NCBI GenBank assembly: GCA_965225945.1
Contig: CBDDBZ010000039.1
Coordinates: 192,001 to 256,000 of the forward strand
From: Alphaproteobacteria bacterium
GTDB lineage: Bacteria; Pseudomonadota; Alphaproteobacteria; GCA-2731375
Length of the DNA stretch: 64,000 nucleotides
Reading direction: 5' to 3'
Part shown: in pieces, positions 63,884-64,000 of the stretch
Layout: each line of letters opens with the position of its first letter
Numbering within the stretch: position 1 is the first letter of the stretch
Program-made: the position numbers and the translations under genes
Notes under the pieces: model-generated
The model's input: only the letters and a program-made list of their open reading frames with translations
The model's database searches: none
What the model was told of the DNA's origin: nothing

Positions 63884-64000
63884 TCACTTCGGCGGCTTGC
63901 GCTTGGTCTTGGGCGTCGGCGGCTCGAGCAGGTCCAGTGGGCTCTTGGCGCGCCGCAAGGTGGTGCTGGCGACCTGGGTGTAGTGAGCCGTGGTCTCCAG
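63884..64000 (-). CDS. Tyrosine recombinase/integrase C-terminus (partner of the IS91 transposase), partial
   Basis: LETTAHYTQVA...SPLDLL, the catalytic Tyr region typical of integrases upstream of IS91-like transposases. Confidence 0.75.
   Translation of the reverse strand: METTAHYTQVASTTLRRAKSPLDLLEPPTPKTKRKPPK

Overview
High-GC alphaproteobacterial chromosome segment (Rhodospirillales-like gene content; taxonomy is inferred) undergoing IS expansion and gene decay. The left and middle parts hold housekeeping and catabolic genes: M16 peptidase, thrC, a globin-coupled chemoreceptor, three TauD dioxygenases, a Baeyer-Villiger monooxygenase, an E1 alpha/beta pair, a P450, SDRs, tRNA-Ser(GGA), a fused ABC exporter, a URC1-URC4-upp uracil cluster, fabD-fabG-acpP-fabF-mltG and a GcvT-family oxidoreductase. 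Two genes broken in the ORF track (a peroxiredoxin and a GST) have in-frame TGA at the catalytic Cys position with downstream SECIS-like hairpins, so they are probable selenoproteins. The right part (about 45.9-64 kb) is an accessory region. It contains three copies of a transposase-less 755-bp cassette with 43-bp IS1595-like inverted ends, 8-bp target duplications and an LRV-type passenger ORF; an insertion hotspot where three IS1595-type elements hit one gene within about 10 bp; a low-GC HhH-GPD glycosylase plus YaaA-like gene pair; RAYT, IS66, IS5, IS4 and IS1595 elements; and an integrase/IS91 element whose hairpin-bearing end is triplicated. All assignments come from motif recognition by eye; no database searches were run.
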